From assembly GCA_963845515.1 (NCBI GenBank), contig CAWJSR010000050.1, forward strand, positions 42,752-106,751: DNA of 64,000 nucleotides. Reading direction: 5' to 3'. The first letter of the stretch is position 1; each line of letters starts with the position of its first letter. The notes under the pieces are model-generated. The model worked only from the letters and a program-made list of their open reading frames with translations, searched no databases and had not been told where the DNA came from. Positions 19,825 through 33,114 of this stretch are shown here, piece by piece. Made by a program: the position numbers and the translations under genes. This DNA is from an uncultured delta proteobacterium (lineage in GTDB: Bacteria; Myxococcota; Myxococcia; Myxococcales; Anaeromyxobacteraceae).

Positions 19825-20124
19825 TCAGGGGGTGAGCGCCTCCAGGGCGCCGGCCACGGTCGCCCCCGACACCTGGACGGTCTTCCGCCGGCCCGTCTCG
19901 CCGCGTGCGATCCTCACGTCGCCCTTCCGGACGCCCAGCGCGGACGCGAGGAACTCGATCAGCGCGACGTTCGCCTCGCCGTCCACCGGCGGCGCGGCCA
20001 GCTGGATCTTCAGCCGCCCGTCGTGCTCGCCGACGACGCGGGTCCGGGAGGCGCGAGGCTGGACCAGGATCTCCAGCACGACGCCGCCGGCGGTGTCGTG
20101 CGCCCAGCCCGGGGCCGCCGCCAT
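19825..20124 (-). CDS. yggU: DUF167/YggU family protein
   Basis: [29 protein letters not shown]. Confidence 0.92.
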   Translation of the reverse strand: MAAAPGWAHDTAGGVVLEILVQPRASRTRVVGEHDGRLKIQLAAPPVDGEANVALIEFLASALGVRKGDVRIARGETGRRKTVQVSGATVAGALEALTP

Positions 20125-20927
20125 CACCGGATCCCGAGCAGGACGAGCTTCGCCTTGTCGGCCTTCTCGATCATGCGATCGAGGTCCATCATCAGGGTCG
20201 CGCCTGCCTCGACCGCGAGCACGCGGCCGTTCGCCTCGCGGAGCGAGTCGACGGTGTCCGGACCGACCGCGGGAAGGTCGAAGCGCCGGTCCTGGCCGGG
20301 CTTCACCGCCTTGACCACCGTGAACCCCTCGCGCGCCAGCTCACCCCCGCGCCGGATGCACGCGTCGGTCCCCTCTAGCGCCTCGACCGCGACGCCCACG
20401 CGGTTCTTCACCACCACCGTCTGGCCGAGGTCGAGCCGTCCGATCCCCCGCGCCAGCTCGAGGCCGTAGCGGGCGTCGGTCAGCTCGTCCTCGGTCGGCG
20501 CGTGGCGCCCCATGACCCCCTCCTTCGCCAGGCGCTCCAGCAGGAACGGGGTGGGATCGACGATCGGCATGCCCTGCTCGTCGAGGAAGGCGGCGAAGGT
20601 CCGCAGGAGGTTGTCGTCCGAGCGGACCGCGACCCTGGCGAGGAGCCGGACCCCGGTGGCGTCGAGCATCGCGTCGGCGAAGAAGCGCCGCTTCGTGATC
20701 GAGCCGAGCATCACTGTCTGCTGCGCCCCGCCGGCCTTGAGCCCTTCGAGCAGGTGACCGATCTGCCCCAGCTTGATCCAGGTGATCGCGTCGACCAGCT
20801 TCTCCAGGGCGGGGTCGGCCTCGCTGCTGTGCGCCACGGCGATGACGCGGTGGCCCGCGCGCCGCGCGCTCTCCGCGAAGAGGAGCGGGAAGCGGCCGCC
20901 GCCGGCGATGAGCCCGATCGTCGCCAT
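20124..20927 (-). CDS. lpxI: UDP-2,3-diacylglucosamine hydrolase LpxI
   Basis: [40 protein letters not shown]; follows lpxA. Confidence 0.93.
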   Translation of the reverse strand: MATIGLIAGGGRFPLLFAESARRAGHRVIAVAHSSEADPALEKLVDAITWIKLGQIGHLLEGLKAGGAQQTVMLGSITKRRFFADAMLDATGVRLLARVAVRSDDNLLRTFAAFLDEQGMPIVDPTPFLLERLAKEGVMGRHAPTEDELTDARYGLELARGIGRLDLGQTVVVKNRVGVAVEALEGTDACIRRGGELAREGFTVVKAVKPGQDRRFDLPAVGPDTVDSLREANGRVLAVEAGATLMMDLDRMIEKADKAKLVLLGIR

Positions 20928-20933
20928 GCAGCC

Positions 20934-21707
20934 CTACCGCGTGACGCCGCGCTCCGACCCCTTGATGAAGGAGATGAAGTGGGCGACCTCGGGGTGCTGC
21001 CCGAGCTCGGACTCCAGCTGCGCGAGCGCCTCCGCGGTCTGGAGGTTCGAGCGGAAGAAGATCTTGTACGCCTGCTTGACCCGCCCGACCTGGTCCTCCG
21101 TGAAGCCGGCGCGCTGCAGCCCGACCGAGTTGATCCCCGCGAGCTCCGCGCGGGCGCCCGAGGCGAAGCAGTATGGCGGCACGTCCTTGACGATCCCGGT
21201 CATCCCGGAGACGAAGGCGAACCGCCCGATCCGGCAGAACTGGTGCGAGGCGGAGAGGCCGCCGAAGTGCACGTGGTCCTCGAGGATCACGTGACCGGCG
21301 AGCGCGACCGAGTTGGCGATGATGGCCCCGTCCGCGATCTGGCAGTCGTGGCCGACGTGGCTGTTCGCCATGAAGAGGCTGCCGTTGGCGATCCGGGTCA
21401 CGCCCCCGCCGCCGACCGTCCCGGTGCTGATCGTGACGTACTCGCGGAAGGTGTTCCGGTCCCCGACCTCCAGCGTCGTCGGCTCCCCCTTGTACTTGAG
21501 ATCCTGCGGCTGCGCGCCGACCACGCAGAAGGAGAAGAACCGGTTCTCGGCGCCGACCGTGGTGTGGCCCGTCACGACGGCGTGGTGCTGCAGGACGTTG
21601 CGCGGCCCCAGCTTCGCGTGCTGGCCGACGACGGCGTAGGCGCCGACCTCGCAGGACGGGTCGACCTGGGCCCCGGGCTCTATGACGGCGGTGGGATGGA
21701 TGGCCAT
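20934..21707 (-). CDS. lpxA: UDP-N-acetylglucosamine acyltransferase
   Basis: IHPTAVI, PQDLKYKGE, HVGHDC, LAGHV, hexapeptide repeats. Confidence 0.97.
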   Translation of the reverse strand: MAIHPTAVIEPGAQVDPSCEVGAYAVVGQHAKLGPRNVLQHHAVVTGHTTVGAENRFFSFCVVGAQPQDLKYKGEPTTLEVGDRNTFREYVTISTGTVGGGGVTRIANGSLFMANSHVGHDCQIADGAIIANSVALAGHVILEDHVHFGGLSASHQFCRIGRFAFVSGMTGIVKDVPPYCFASGARAELAGINSVGLQRAGFTEDQVGRVKQAYKIFFRSNLQTAEALAQLESELGQHPEVAHFISFIKGSERGVTR

Positions 21708-21732
21708 GTCGGCTCCTGGTCCGGGCGCGGCG

Positions 21733-22215
21733 CTACTTCGACGGCTCCTCGCGGTCGGCCAGCATGGCCATGAAGTCGCACTCGGCCACCACCTGCCCAT
21801 CGACGATCGCCTTCGCCGTCTCCTTCCAGACGGCCCCCTTCTGCTTCGTCACCTCCACGTGGAGCTCCAGCCGATCGCCGGGCACCACCGGCTTGCGGAA
21901 CTTCGCGCCGTCGATCCCCATCAGGTAGGTGATCTTGTCGGCGGCCGATGGTCCGAGCGACATGATCGCGAGGAGCGCCCCGGCCTGCGCGAGCGCCTCG
22001 AGGATGAGGACCCCCGGCATCACCGGGTGACCGGGGAAGTGGCCCGTGAAGAAGGGCTCGTTCATCGTCACGCCCTTCCACGCGACCACCCGCTTGTGCT
22101 CCTCGAACTCGACGACGCGGTCGACGAGCAGGAACGGCGGGCGGTGCGGGAGGAGCTTCTGGATCCCCTCCACGTCGAGGATCGTGCTGGGGGTCTTCAC
22201 GGTGGTTGCGTTCAT
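21733..22215 (-). CDS. fabZ: 3-hydroxyacyl-ACP dehydratase
   Basis: [34 protein letters not shown]. Confidence 0.97.
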   Translation of the reverse strand: MNATTVKTPSTILDVEGIQKLLPHRPPFLLVDRVVEFEEHKRVVAWKGVTMNEPFFTGHFPGHPVMPGVLILEALAQAGALLAIMSLGPSAADKITYLMGIDGAKFRKPVVPGDRLELHVEVTKQKGAVWKETAKAIVDGQVVAECDFMAMLADREEPSK

Positions 22216-23273
22216 CTTCCGTCCTTCGCCTTCTCGGCGCGGAGCTGGTCGACTTCCTTGCGCAGCTCGCGCAGCTCGCGGCGCATGTCTGTGAGGCGGT
22301 CGAACACCGCCGAGTTCCTGGCCCACTGCACGTCCGGCTTGGCCGGAGACCCGGCGACGCGCGCCCCCGGCTCGACGTCGTGCCCGACGCCGGACTGGGC
22401 GTTGATGACTGCGCGATCGCCGATGGTGATGTGTCCGACGATGCCGACCTGTCCCCACGCGACCACGCCCATGCCGAGCCGGGTGGACCCGGAGATCCCC
22501 ACCTGCGAGGCGATGATGCAGAGCGGGCCGACCTCGACGTTGTGGGCGAGCTGCACGAGGTTGTCGATCTTGGCGCCGCGGCCGATGCGGGTCACGCCGA
22601 GCGTTCCGCGATCGACGCAGCTGTTGGCCCCGATCTCGACGTCGTCCTCGATCACCACGTACCCGACCTGCGGCACCTTGTAGTGGCGCGGCCCCCGGCC
22701 GTCCCCCTGCATGTCGAGCGCGTAGCCGAAGCCGTCCGCCCCGATCACCACGCCGGGCTGCAGGATGACGCGGTCCCCGACGACGCAGCGCTCCCGGATC
22801 ACCACGTTGTGGTAGACGATGCAGTCGGCGCCGACCTTCACGTCCTGGCCGATGTGCGCCCCGGCGAACACGATCGTCCGGGGCCCGATCTCGGCCCCCG
22901 GGCCGATGCACGCGAGCGGCATCACCTGCGCGCTGGGGTGGACCACCGCGGTCGGGTGCACCACCGCCGAGGGCGCGATCTCCGGCAGCGGCTCCCGCGG
23001 CGGATGGAAGAGGGTCGAGATCTTCGCGAACGCGAGGTACGAGTTCTCGACCACGAGCAGCGTCCGCCCTGCGGCGGCCTGGACGCCAGGCTCGACGAGC
23101 ACGGCGCCGGCACGCGTCGCCTCGAAGGCCTTCCGGTACTTCTTGTTCGAGAAGAACGAGAGCTGCGACGGGCCGGCCACCTCGAGCGGCGCGATCCCCT
23201 CGATCGCGAGGGCGCCGTCCCCGATCACCGTCCCGCCGACCCGCCCGGCGAGCTCCTGGAGCGTGAAGCCCAT
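22212..23273 (-). CDS. lpxD: UDP-3-O-acylglucosamine N-acyltransferase
   Basis: [45 protein letters not shown]. Confidence 0.96.
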   Translation of the reverse strand: MGFTLQELAGRVGGTVIGDGALAIEGIAPLEVAGPSQLSFFSNKKYRKAFEATRAGAVLVEPGVQAAAGRTLLVVENSYLAFAKISTLFHPPREPLPEIAPSAVVHPTAVVHPSAQVMPLACIGPGAEIGPRTIVFAGAHIGQDVKVGADCIVYHNVVIRERCVVGDRVILQPGVVIGADGFGYALDMQGDGRGPRHYKVPQVGYVVIEDDVEIGANSCVDRGTLGVTRIGRGAKIDNLVQLAHNVEVGPLCIIASQVGISGSTRLGMGVVAWGQVGIVGHITIGDRAVINAQSGVGHDVEPGARVAGSPAKPDVQWARNSAVFDRLTDMRRELRELRKEVDQLRAEKAKDGR

Positions 23274-23280
23274 GGCGCGC

Positions 23281-23840
23281 CTACTTCTTCTTGGGGCGGC
23301 GGGCGTGGCCGCCGCCTTCTTGCCGAAGCGCGCGTTGTACTTGCGGACCAGCTCGTTGGTCACGTCCAGCGAGGTGGGGGCGTACATGATGCCGGCCTGG
23401 TTCTTCTCGAGGACGTAGGTGAAGCCCTCCGCCTCGGCGATCTCCTTGACGATCTGCCCCATCTTGTCGAAGAGGGCGCTCATCAGCTCGCGCTCGCGGC
23501 CACCGAGCTCCTGCTGGAGCTGGCGGAGGAGCGCCTGCGCCTCGCCGAACTTCCGCTCCATCTCCTCGGCCTTCTCCTTCTTCGCCTGCTCGGAGAGGAC
23601 GACCGCCTGCTTCTCGAACTCGGCCTGGAGCTTCTTCAGCTCCGCCTCCTTGGCGTCGAGCTTCTTCTGCTTGTCGTCGAACTCCCGCTTGAGCTGCGCG
23701 CGGGCGGTCTTGCCCTCCTCCACCTCGGCGACGGCGCGCTGGAGGTCGACGTAGCCGATCTTCAGCTCGGCGGCGCGGGCGACGCCCGGCGCGAGCACGC
23801 CGGCGACGAGGAGAGCGGCGAGGACGTTTGCGTGGCGCAT
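23281..23840 (-). CDS. skp: Skp/OmpH periplasmic chaperone (apparent 1-nt deletion near the 3' end fuses it to lpxD)
   Basis: Signal peptide, KIGYVDLQR, coiled coil, [11 protein letters not shown]. One extra C in the C run gives ...APKKK* with TAG at 23283-23281. Confidence 0.9.
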
Positions 23841-23865
23841 GACGGATCCTTTCCGGAGGCTGGTA

Positions 23866-26245
<2,380 letters not shown>

Positions 26246-26322
26246 GAAGCCGCGGAATCTAGTGCAAAGGGGGCCAAACCTCAAACGGTCCCGCCCGCCG
26301 GCGTCGCCTGCCGCGCCACTCG

Positions 26323-27011
<689 letters not shown>

Positions 27012-27012
<1 letters not shown>

Positions 27013-28910
27013 CACTCGCTCCGCAGGCCGTCGACGGGGCGCAGGCGCGCCGCCTTGGTGGCCGGGTAGAGGGTGGCGAGGTACGCGAGCGCGGTGGCCG
27101 CGAGCGCGACGAAGGCGAACTGCCCCCCGTCGATGAGCACCGGGAGGTTGTCGATGTAGTAGACGTCCGGGTCGAGCGGGATCCCCACCTTGTCGATCAG
27201 GAGGCAGGTCCCGAGCCCGAGCGTGAGGCCGAAGACGGTCCCGACCGCGCCGATCACGAGCCCCTCGGCCACGAAGACCTTCATCACGCTCGCGACCGAG
27301 GCCCCCATGGACTTGAGGACCGCGATCTCCCTCGTCTTCTCCAGCACCAGCATGATGAGCGTCGCCACGATGATGCAGCTCGCCACGAGCACGATGAAGC
27401 CGAGGATGATCGCCATCACCACCTTCTCCATCATGAGCGCCGAGAAGAGGTTGCGGTTCATCTCGCCCCAGTCCTTCACCCGGTACGGGTAGCCGTCGAG
27501 CGACGCCAGGGCGCGGGACAGCGTCACGCGGGCGAGATCCACGTCCGCCACCTTCACCTCGATGCCGGTCACGGCGCCGCCGGTGCCGAAGAAGCGCTGC
27601 CCCTCGGCCAGGTCGATGTACGCGAACTTGGAGTCGAACTCGTACATGCCGCTGTAGAAGGTCGCGGCCACGCGGAACGTGCGGCTCTTCGGCTGCGGCC
27701 CGGCGGGGCCGAGATCGCCCAGCGGGGAGACCACGTCGACCGTGTCGCCGACGAAGACGCGCAGTCCGCGGGCGAGCTCGCGCCCGATGACGACGCCCGG
27801 CAGGGGCCGCTTCGACGGCGACGCGGCCGGCTCCCCCTCGATCGCCCGCCTCGCGATCTCGCCGGGGCGCTTGAGCCACTCGAGCCGCCCGTCCTGCACG
27901 TTGGCCGCGAGGTCGGTCACGGTCCCGACGGTGTCGGCGTCGATGCCCTTGAGGATCGCGCCGGTCAGGTTGCCGCCCGAGGCGAGCATCACCTCGTTGT
28001 AGAGGAACGGCGTCGCGCCCTTGACCCCCGGCACCGCGAGCAGGCGCGTGCGCACGTCCTCCCACTCGGTGAACGCCGCCTCGCCGTACTTCATGACGTG
28101 GCCGTGGGCCTGCGCGCCGAGGATCTTCCGCTTCAGGTCGGCCTCGAAGCCGCTCATCACCGACAGGACGACCGTCAGCGCCCAGACCCCGATCGCGACG
28201 CCCGCGATGGAGATCAGCGTCATGAGGAGCGTCGCGGGGAGGCGCGTGCGCCAGCTCGGCTCGCCGCGCCGCTCCCGCCGCCGCTCGGCGGCGTCGCGCC
28301 AGAGCGAGGCGCCGAGCATCACGAGCAGCCCTGGGACGAGCCCGGTGACCACCAGCGCGAAGAGTCCCAGGAGCGTCCGCGCCGAGAGCCGGAGGTGGCT
28401 GCGGGCGACGAAGAGCTCCCAGGAGAAGGAGAGGTCCAGCCGGCCCCGCCCGGCGACGAGGAAGCCGACCGACGCGCCGAGGAAGACCGCGGTCGCCGCG
28501 AGGAGTCCGCTCCCGAGCGCGAACAGGACGGCGACCAGCGTCCCCTGGCTCTCCAGCGTGTGGCTGAGCGCGTCCGCCCCGGGGCTGCGGGCGATCGCGG
28601 CGACGCGCGCGCCGGCGGACGCGAGGAAGAGGATCGCGGCGGCGGAGATCTCGTAGAAGGCGAGCCGGCGCCCCACCACCGCCGCCGCCCCGCCCAGCGC
28701 CGCGGCGAAGAGCGCGCCGGCGAGCGCCGCCAGCCCCACGGCGATCGCACCGGCGAGCCGGAGCCGGTCGGTGAAGTACAGGTGCGCCTGCGACGCGACC
28801 GCGACCGTGCCGAAGACGCCGACGACCGCCAGCGCGAAGGAGGCCGGCGCGAAGACGCGCGCGATCCTCCGGTCGGACTGCGCCTCGGCGGGCGCCGCGC
28901 TCGCGGTCAC
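27012..28910 (-). CDS. LolC/E family permease with extra N-terminal membrane region
   Basis: [47 protein letters not shown]...LR.E. Confidence 0.9.
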
Positions 28911-28916
28911 CGAGCC

Positions 28917-30479
28917 CTACTCCCGGCTCTTCAGCAGCGGGAAGAGGATGACGTCGCGGATCGCCGCGGAGTCGGTGAGGAGCATCGTGAGGCGATCGAT
29001 CCCGATCCCCTCCCCGGCGGTCGGCGGCATCCCCACCTCCAGCGCGCGGACGAAGTCCTCGTCGAAGGGCATGGCCTCGTCGTCTCCGGCGGCCTTGGCC
29101 TTCATCTGCGCCTCGAAGCGGGCGCGCTGGTCGGCCGGGTCGTTCAGCTCGGAGAAGGCGTTGGCCATCTCCATTCCGGCGACGAAGAGCTCGAAGCGAT
29201 CCACCAGCCGCGGGTCGGCGTCGCGCTGGCGGGAGAGCGGGCTGGTCTCGATCGGGAAGTCGACGACGAAGCAGGGCCGGTCCTTCGGCAGCTGCGGCTC
29301 ACCGAAGATCTCGAACACCACGGCCAGCGCCTCGCCAGGCGACTTGCGGGCCGCCTGCTCGAGCTTCCAGGCGTCCTCCTTCTCGTTCTCCCTGGCCGAG
29401 AGGCGGCCGAGCGCCTCGGCGAGCCCCTTGCCGGCGAGCGCGTCGGCTGGCGTCAGGCCGAGCGCCTTCGCCGCGAGCTCCAGCAGCGAGATCCGCGGGA
29501 ACGGGGGCGTGAGGTCGATCTCCTGCCCCTGGAAGGGCACCTTCGCGGCGCCGGTCACCTCCACGGCGAGGGCGTGGAACAGCTCCTCGGTGAGGCGCAT
29601 CAGGTCTTCGTGGGTGGCGTAGGCCTCGTAGAACTCGATCGTGGTGAACTCGGGGTTGTGCCGCCGGTCGATCCCCTCGTTCCGCCAGATCCGGCCGATC
29701 TCGTAGACGCGGTCGAAGCCGCCGACCACGAGCCGCTTCAGGTGCAGCTCGGTCGCGATCCGAAGCTTCAGATCCATGTCGAGGGCGTTGTGGTGCGTCG
29801 CGAACGGCCGCGCCGCGGCGCCGCCGGCCTCCTCGGGCTTGTGGAGGGTCGGGGTCTCGACCTCCAGATAGCCCCGGGCGTCCAGCATCCGGCGGATCGT
29901 CTGGATGATCCGCGCCCGCTTGAGGAAGACCTCGCGCACGCCGGGCGTGACGACCAGATCCACGTAGCGCTGGCGGTACCGCTGCTCGACGTCGGTGAGC
30001 CCGTGCCACTTCTCCGGCAGGGGCCGGATCGACTTCGTGAGGATCGTAAAGGTGGCGGCCTCCAGCGTCAGCTCGCCGGTCTTGGTCCGCGTCGCGGGCC
30101 CCTCCGCGGCGACGACGTCGCCGACGTCGAGGAGCTTGTAGACCTCGAAGGCCTTGTCGCCGACCTTGTCCTTCTTCACCCACACTTGAAGGTCGCCGCT
30201 CCGATCCCGGACCTTGAGGAAGGCCGCCTTCCCGAAGGCCCGGTTGGCCAGCACGCGGCCGGCGATCGACCAGCGGCCGGGATCCGTCGCGATCTCCTCG
30301 GTCTTCTGCTGGCCGTACCGATCGTGGAGATCCTTCGTGACGTGGGCAGCGCGCAGGCCGTTGCCGTACGGGTTGACGCCGAGCGCGCGCAGCGCCTCGG
30401 CCTTCTTCAGTCGCTGCGCCAGGATCTCGCGCTCGGTGGCGCCGAGGCCGTCCTGCGTCGGGGTCGTCTCGTCGGGCAT
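28917..30479 (-). CDS. lysS: Lysine--tRNA ligase (class II)
   Basis: [27 protein letters not shown]....[21 protein letters not shown]. Confidence 0.98.
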   Translation of the reverse strand: MPDETTPTQDGLGATEREILAQRLKKAEALRALGVNPYGNGLRAAHVTKDLHDRYGQQKTEEIATDPGRWSIAGRVLANRAFGKAAFLKVRDRSGDLQVWVKKDKVGDKAFEVYKLLDVGDVVAAEGPATRTKTGELTLEAATFTILTKSIRPLPEKWHGLTDVEQRYRQRYVDLVVTPGVREVFLKRARIIQTIRRMLDARGYLEVETPTLHKPEEAGGAAARPFATHHNALDMDLKLRIATELHLKRLVVGGFDRVYEIGRIWRNEGIDRRHNPEFTTIEFYEAYATHEDLMRLTEELFHALAVEVTGAAKVPFQGQEIDLTPPFPRISLLELAAKALGLTPADALAGKGLAEALGRLSARENEKEDAWKLEQAARKSPGEALAVVFEIFGEPQLPKDRPCFVVDFPIETSPLSRQRDADPRLVDRFELFVAGMEMANAFSELNDPADQRARFEAQMKAKAAGDDEAMPFDEDFVRALEVGMPPTAGEGIGIDRLTMLLTDSAAIRDVILFPLLKSRE

Positions 30480-30596
30480 CTGTTTGTAATCTGTCGGGAA
30501 TCGGTGCGGGGAATCGCCGGCGCAGGCTATGCGGACCGCCCCGGTCCGTCAACGCAGGAACGCGCGAGGGCAAGCGCACATTTCCGGGACATGCCG

Positions 30597-30627
30597 CCCC
30601 TCACCCGTCCCCCCGTGGGAGAGGGCG
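30597..30627. repeat. Degenerate REP-like palindrome
   Basis: CCCCTCACCCGTCCCCCGTGGGAGAGGG, with a shortened left stem. Confidence 0.55.
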
Positions 30628-30811
30628 GGTGCAAGGGGGCAGCATTTCCCAGGCGCGCGCTCGCGGGGCCGGGGCTAGGGGACGCCTCGACGCGGCGCCA
30701 CGCGGCTTTCGCGGTCCCGGGCAACGCCTGTGCGCGCCCTTCACGTGTCGCCCATCACCCTCGTCCCCCCAAGCCACCGGGATCACGGTCCGTGTATCTC
30801 GCACGGCCCGC

Positions 30812-30827
30812 TGGCACGCCCAATGAA
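30812..30827 (+). promoter_or_regulatory. Possible sigma54 promoter
   Basis: TGGCAC-N5-ATGAA upstream of the Cys-rich gene; the -12 element is imperfect. Confidence 0.25.
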
Positions 30828-30888
30828 GTGGGAGCGGCTGCGCCGAACAGGAAAGTCCAGCCCGGACGAGCTGCGCGGGAGAGAGCGA

Positions 30889-31302
30889 ATGACGACCAGC
30901 CGCACCGAGCCGCACCGACGAACGACCACGATGGCCGCAGCGCTCCTCCTCGGAGCCGTGCTCGGCCTCCTTGGCGCCTCCGGCTGCGGCATCCAGACGG
31001 AGGAGTACGGGAACGTCATCACCGACTGCCCCGCCGGCACCTCCTGCTCCTGCGGCACGGGAAACTGCGTCATGGGGTGCACCGGCGGCGGCTGCGACCT
31101 GACGTGCACCGGGATGTCGAACTGCTCCTTCGACTGCGAGGGCGGAGGCTGCACGGTCGCCTGCGCCAACACCGGCAACTGCTTCCTCGCGTGCGCCGGC
31201 GGGGGCTGCGACGTCACCTGCACCAACACCGGCAACTGCGGCATCACCGAGTGCGACGCCACCTGCAGCCTCACCTGCGACAACCTCGGCAACTGCTTCT
31301 AG
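30889..31302 (+). CDS. Cys-rich repeat lipoprotein (start may be 30931)
   Basis: Hydrophobic signal ending LGASGC, then roughly 19-aa repeats CxGGGCxxxCxNxGNCxxx; strong GC3 codon bias. Confidence 0.82.
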   Translation: MTTSRTEPHRRTTTMAAALLLGAVLGLLGASGCGIQTEEYGNVITDCPAGTSCSCGTGNCVMGCTGGGCDLTCTGMSNCSFDCEGGGCTVACANTGNCFLACAGGGCDVTCTNTGNCGITECDATCSLTCDNLGNCF

Positions 31303-31390
31303 CGCCTTCCCAACTCACCCTCCGGCGCGGGATCCCCCCTCGCCGGCCTCACGCCACGAACCCGGGCACGCGCCCGGGAAGGAGCCACGC

Positions 31391-32008
31391 ATGCGTCACG
31401 TCCTCGCCGCGCTCGCCGTCCTCGCCGCCGCCACCCCTGCCCTCGCGACCTCGGAGTCCTACCAGCCGATCCGCGTCGACGTCTCCTTCAACCTCGTCTA
31501 CGGCGACGCCGACGTCCGGGAGTACGGCGTCGGCGGGGCGGTCGAGCCCAAGTTCAACCTGACGGACCGGCTCGCGATCGGCGTGCGGCTGGAGGGGGCC
31601 GCGCTCATCCCCGAGTCGGTCTCGATGGACGGCGACAGCGTCTCGATGGGCGCCCGCGCCCTCTCCGCGTACCTCGCGAAGGCCGAGTACTACCTGACCA
31701 CGTCAGACGTCAGGCCCTTCGTCGGGATCGCCGCGGGCCTATACGACATCGGCGGCGGCGGCCAGACGGTCGGCTCGGCGGGGATCGTCCAGCAGGCCGA
31801 GGCGTTCCGCGGGTTCGGCTTCGCCCCGCAGGTCGGCATCAACTTCGGCGCCTTCCGGCTCGCCGGCACGTACAACATCATCACCGGCGGCGACCGCGTC
31901 GTCGTCACGCAGGCCGTCGGCACGACCGTGCCCGAGAAGCACTCGATGCCGACCCGCTACTTCGCCCTCGAGCTCGGCGGAACGTTCGGCGGAAAGCGGA
32001 TCAAGTAG
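31391..32008 (+). CDS. Outer membrane beta-barrel protein
   Basis: AAGGAG RBS, signal peptide ALA, strands AVEPKFNLTD, RPFVGIAAGLY, FGFAPQVG. Confidence 0.82.
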   Translation: MRHVLAALAVLAAATPALATSESYQPIRVDVSFNLVYGDADVREYGVGGAVEPKFNLTDRLAIGVRLEGAALIPESVSMDGDSVSMGARALSAYLAKAEYYLTTSDVRPFVGIAAGLYDIGGGGQTVGSAGIVQQAEAFRGFGFAPQVGINFGAFRLAGTYNIITGGDRVVVTQAVGTTVPEKHSMPTRYFALELGGTFGGKRIK

Positions 32009-32024
32009 CGGCGGCGAGGCTGCT

Positions 32025-32071
32025 CCCTCTCTTGACCCTCCCCCTCGGTGAGCCTCGGTGAGGGGGAGGGG
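32025..32071. repeat. REP-like palindrome variant between convergent genes
   Basis: CCCTCCCCCTC...GAGGGGGAGGG preceded by CCCTCTCTTGA. Confidence 0.6.
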
Positions 32072-32108
32072 ACGTCAAGGGGATGGGCGGCGATCTCTCG
32101 ACGGCCTG

Positions 32109-33092
32109 CTACGGCGGCGCCATGAACTCCGGGCCTATTGCGTTGCGGACGTGGGCGTCCAGGATCTCGTCGACGCGGGCGAGCTGGGCCGGCGTGAGGC
32201 GCCATAGCCCGAGCACCTTCGGGATCTCCTCCAGCTGGTCGGGCCGCCGCGCGCCCCAGAGCGCGACCGAGACGCCGGGCTGGTCCAGCAGCCAGCGGAC
32301 CGACAACTCCACGAGCGAGCGGCCGAGCTCGTCGTCGGCGAAGGCCCGCAGCGCGCGAGCCGCGGCCAGGTACTGCCCGAGCCTGGGCTGCTTGAACTTC
32401 GGATCGTAGCGCCGGAGGTCGTCGCCGAGGAACTTCGTATCCTCGGTCATCCGGCCAGAGAGGAGCCCGCGGCAGAGGGCGCCGTACGTGAGGGTCGCGA
32501 CGCCGTGCCTTCGGCACCAGGGGAGCACGTCGCGCTCGATGCCGCGCTCGAAGAGGTTGTACGGCGGCTGCGCGGTGGCGAGCGGCGCGTGCGCCGCGAA
32601 GCGGTCGAGCTGCTCGGGCGTGAAGTTGGAGACCCCGATCGCCCGGATCTTCCCCTCCTTCTGGAGGGCCGCGAGCTCCTCCGCGGTCTCCTCGATGGGC
32701 GTGGCCGGGTCGGGCCAGTGGACCTGGTAGAGGTCGATCCAGCCGGTCCGCAGGCGCCGCAGCGAGTCCTCGACCTCCTGCCGGATCCGGGCGCGCGACG
32801 CGTCGCGGAAGACCTTGCCGTCGCGCCACGCGAGGCCGCACTTGGTGGCGATCGCCACGCTGTCGCGGCGCGGGCCGGCGCCGACCGCCTTCCCGACGAT
32901 CTCCTCGGACCGGCCGAACCCGTAGACCGGCGCGGTGTCGATCAGGTTGACGCCGAGGTCCAGCGCCCGATCGATGGTCCGGATCGACTCCGGCTCGTCG
33001 GTGCCGCCCCACATCCAGCCGCCTATGGCCCACGTCCCGAGGCCGATCCGCGAGACCGGGAACGGGATCCCGGGGATGGTGATGCGCTCCAT
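32109..33092 (-). CDS. Aldo/keto reductase
   Basis: IGLGTWAIGG, DTAPVYG.G.SEE, IATK, IDLYQVHWPD, IGVSNF. Confidence 0.95.
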   Translation of the reverse strand: MERITIPGIPFPVSRIGLGTWAIGGWMWGGTDEPESIRTIDRALDLGVNLIDTAPVYGFGRSEEIVGKAVGAGPRRDSVAIATKCGLAWRDGKVFRDASRARIRQEVEDSLRRLRTGWIDLYQVHWPDPATPIEETAEELAALQKEGKIRAIGVSNFTPEQLDRFAAHAPLATAQPPYNLFERGIERDVLPWCRRHGVATLTYGALCRGLLSGRMTEDTKFLGDDLRRYDPKFKQPRLGQYLAAARALRAFADDELGRSLVELSVRWLLDQPGVSVALWGARRPDQLEEIPKVLGLWRLTPAQLARVDEILDAHVRNAIGPEFMAPP

Positions 33093-33114
33093 GTTCGCCC
33101 CCCGCTCGCCGCGG

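Noticed and set aside
22212..23840. 542-aa Skp-LpxD fusion protein
   Set aside because: One missing C in a C run explains it. Restoring it gives a normal skp stop (APKKK*) 7 nt before the lpxD ATG, and a periplasmic-cytoplasmic fusion is implausible.
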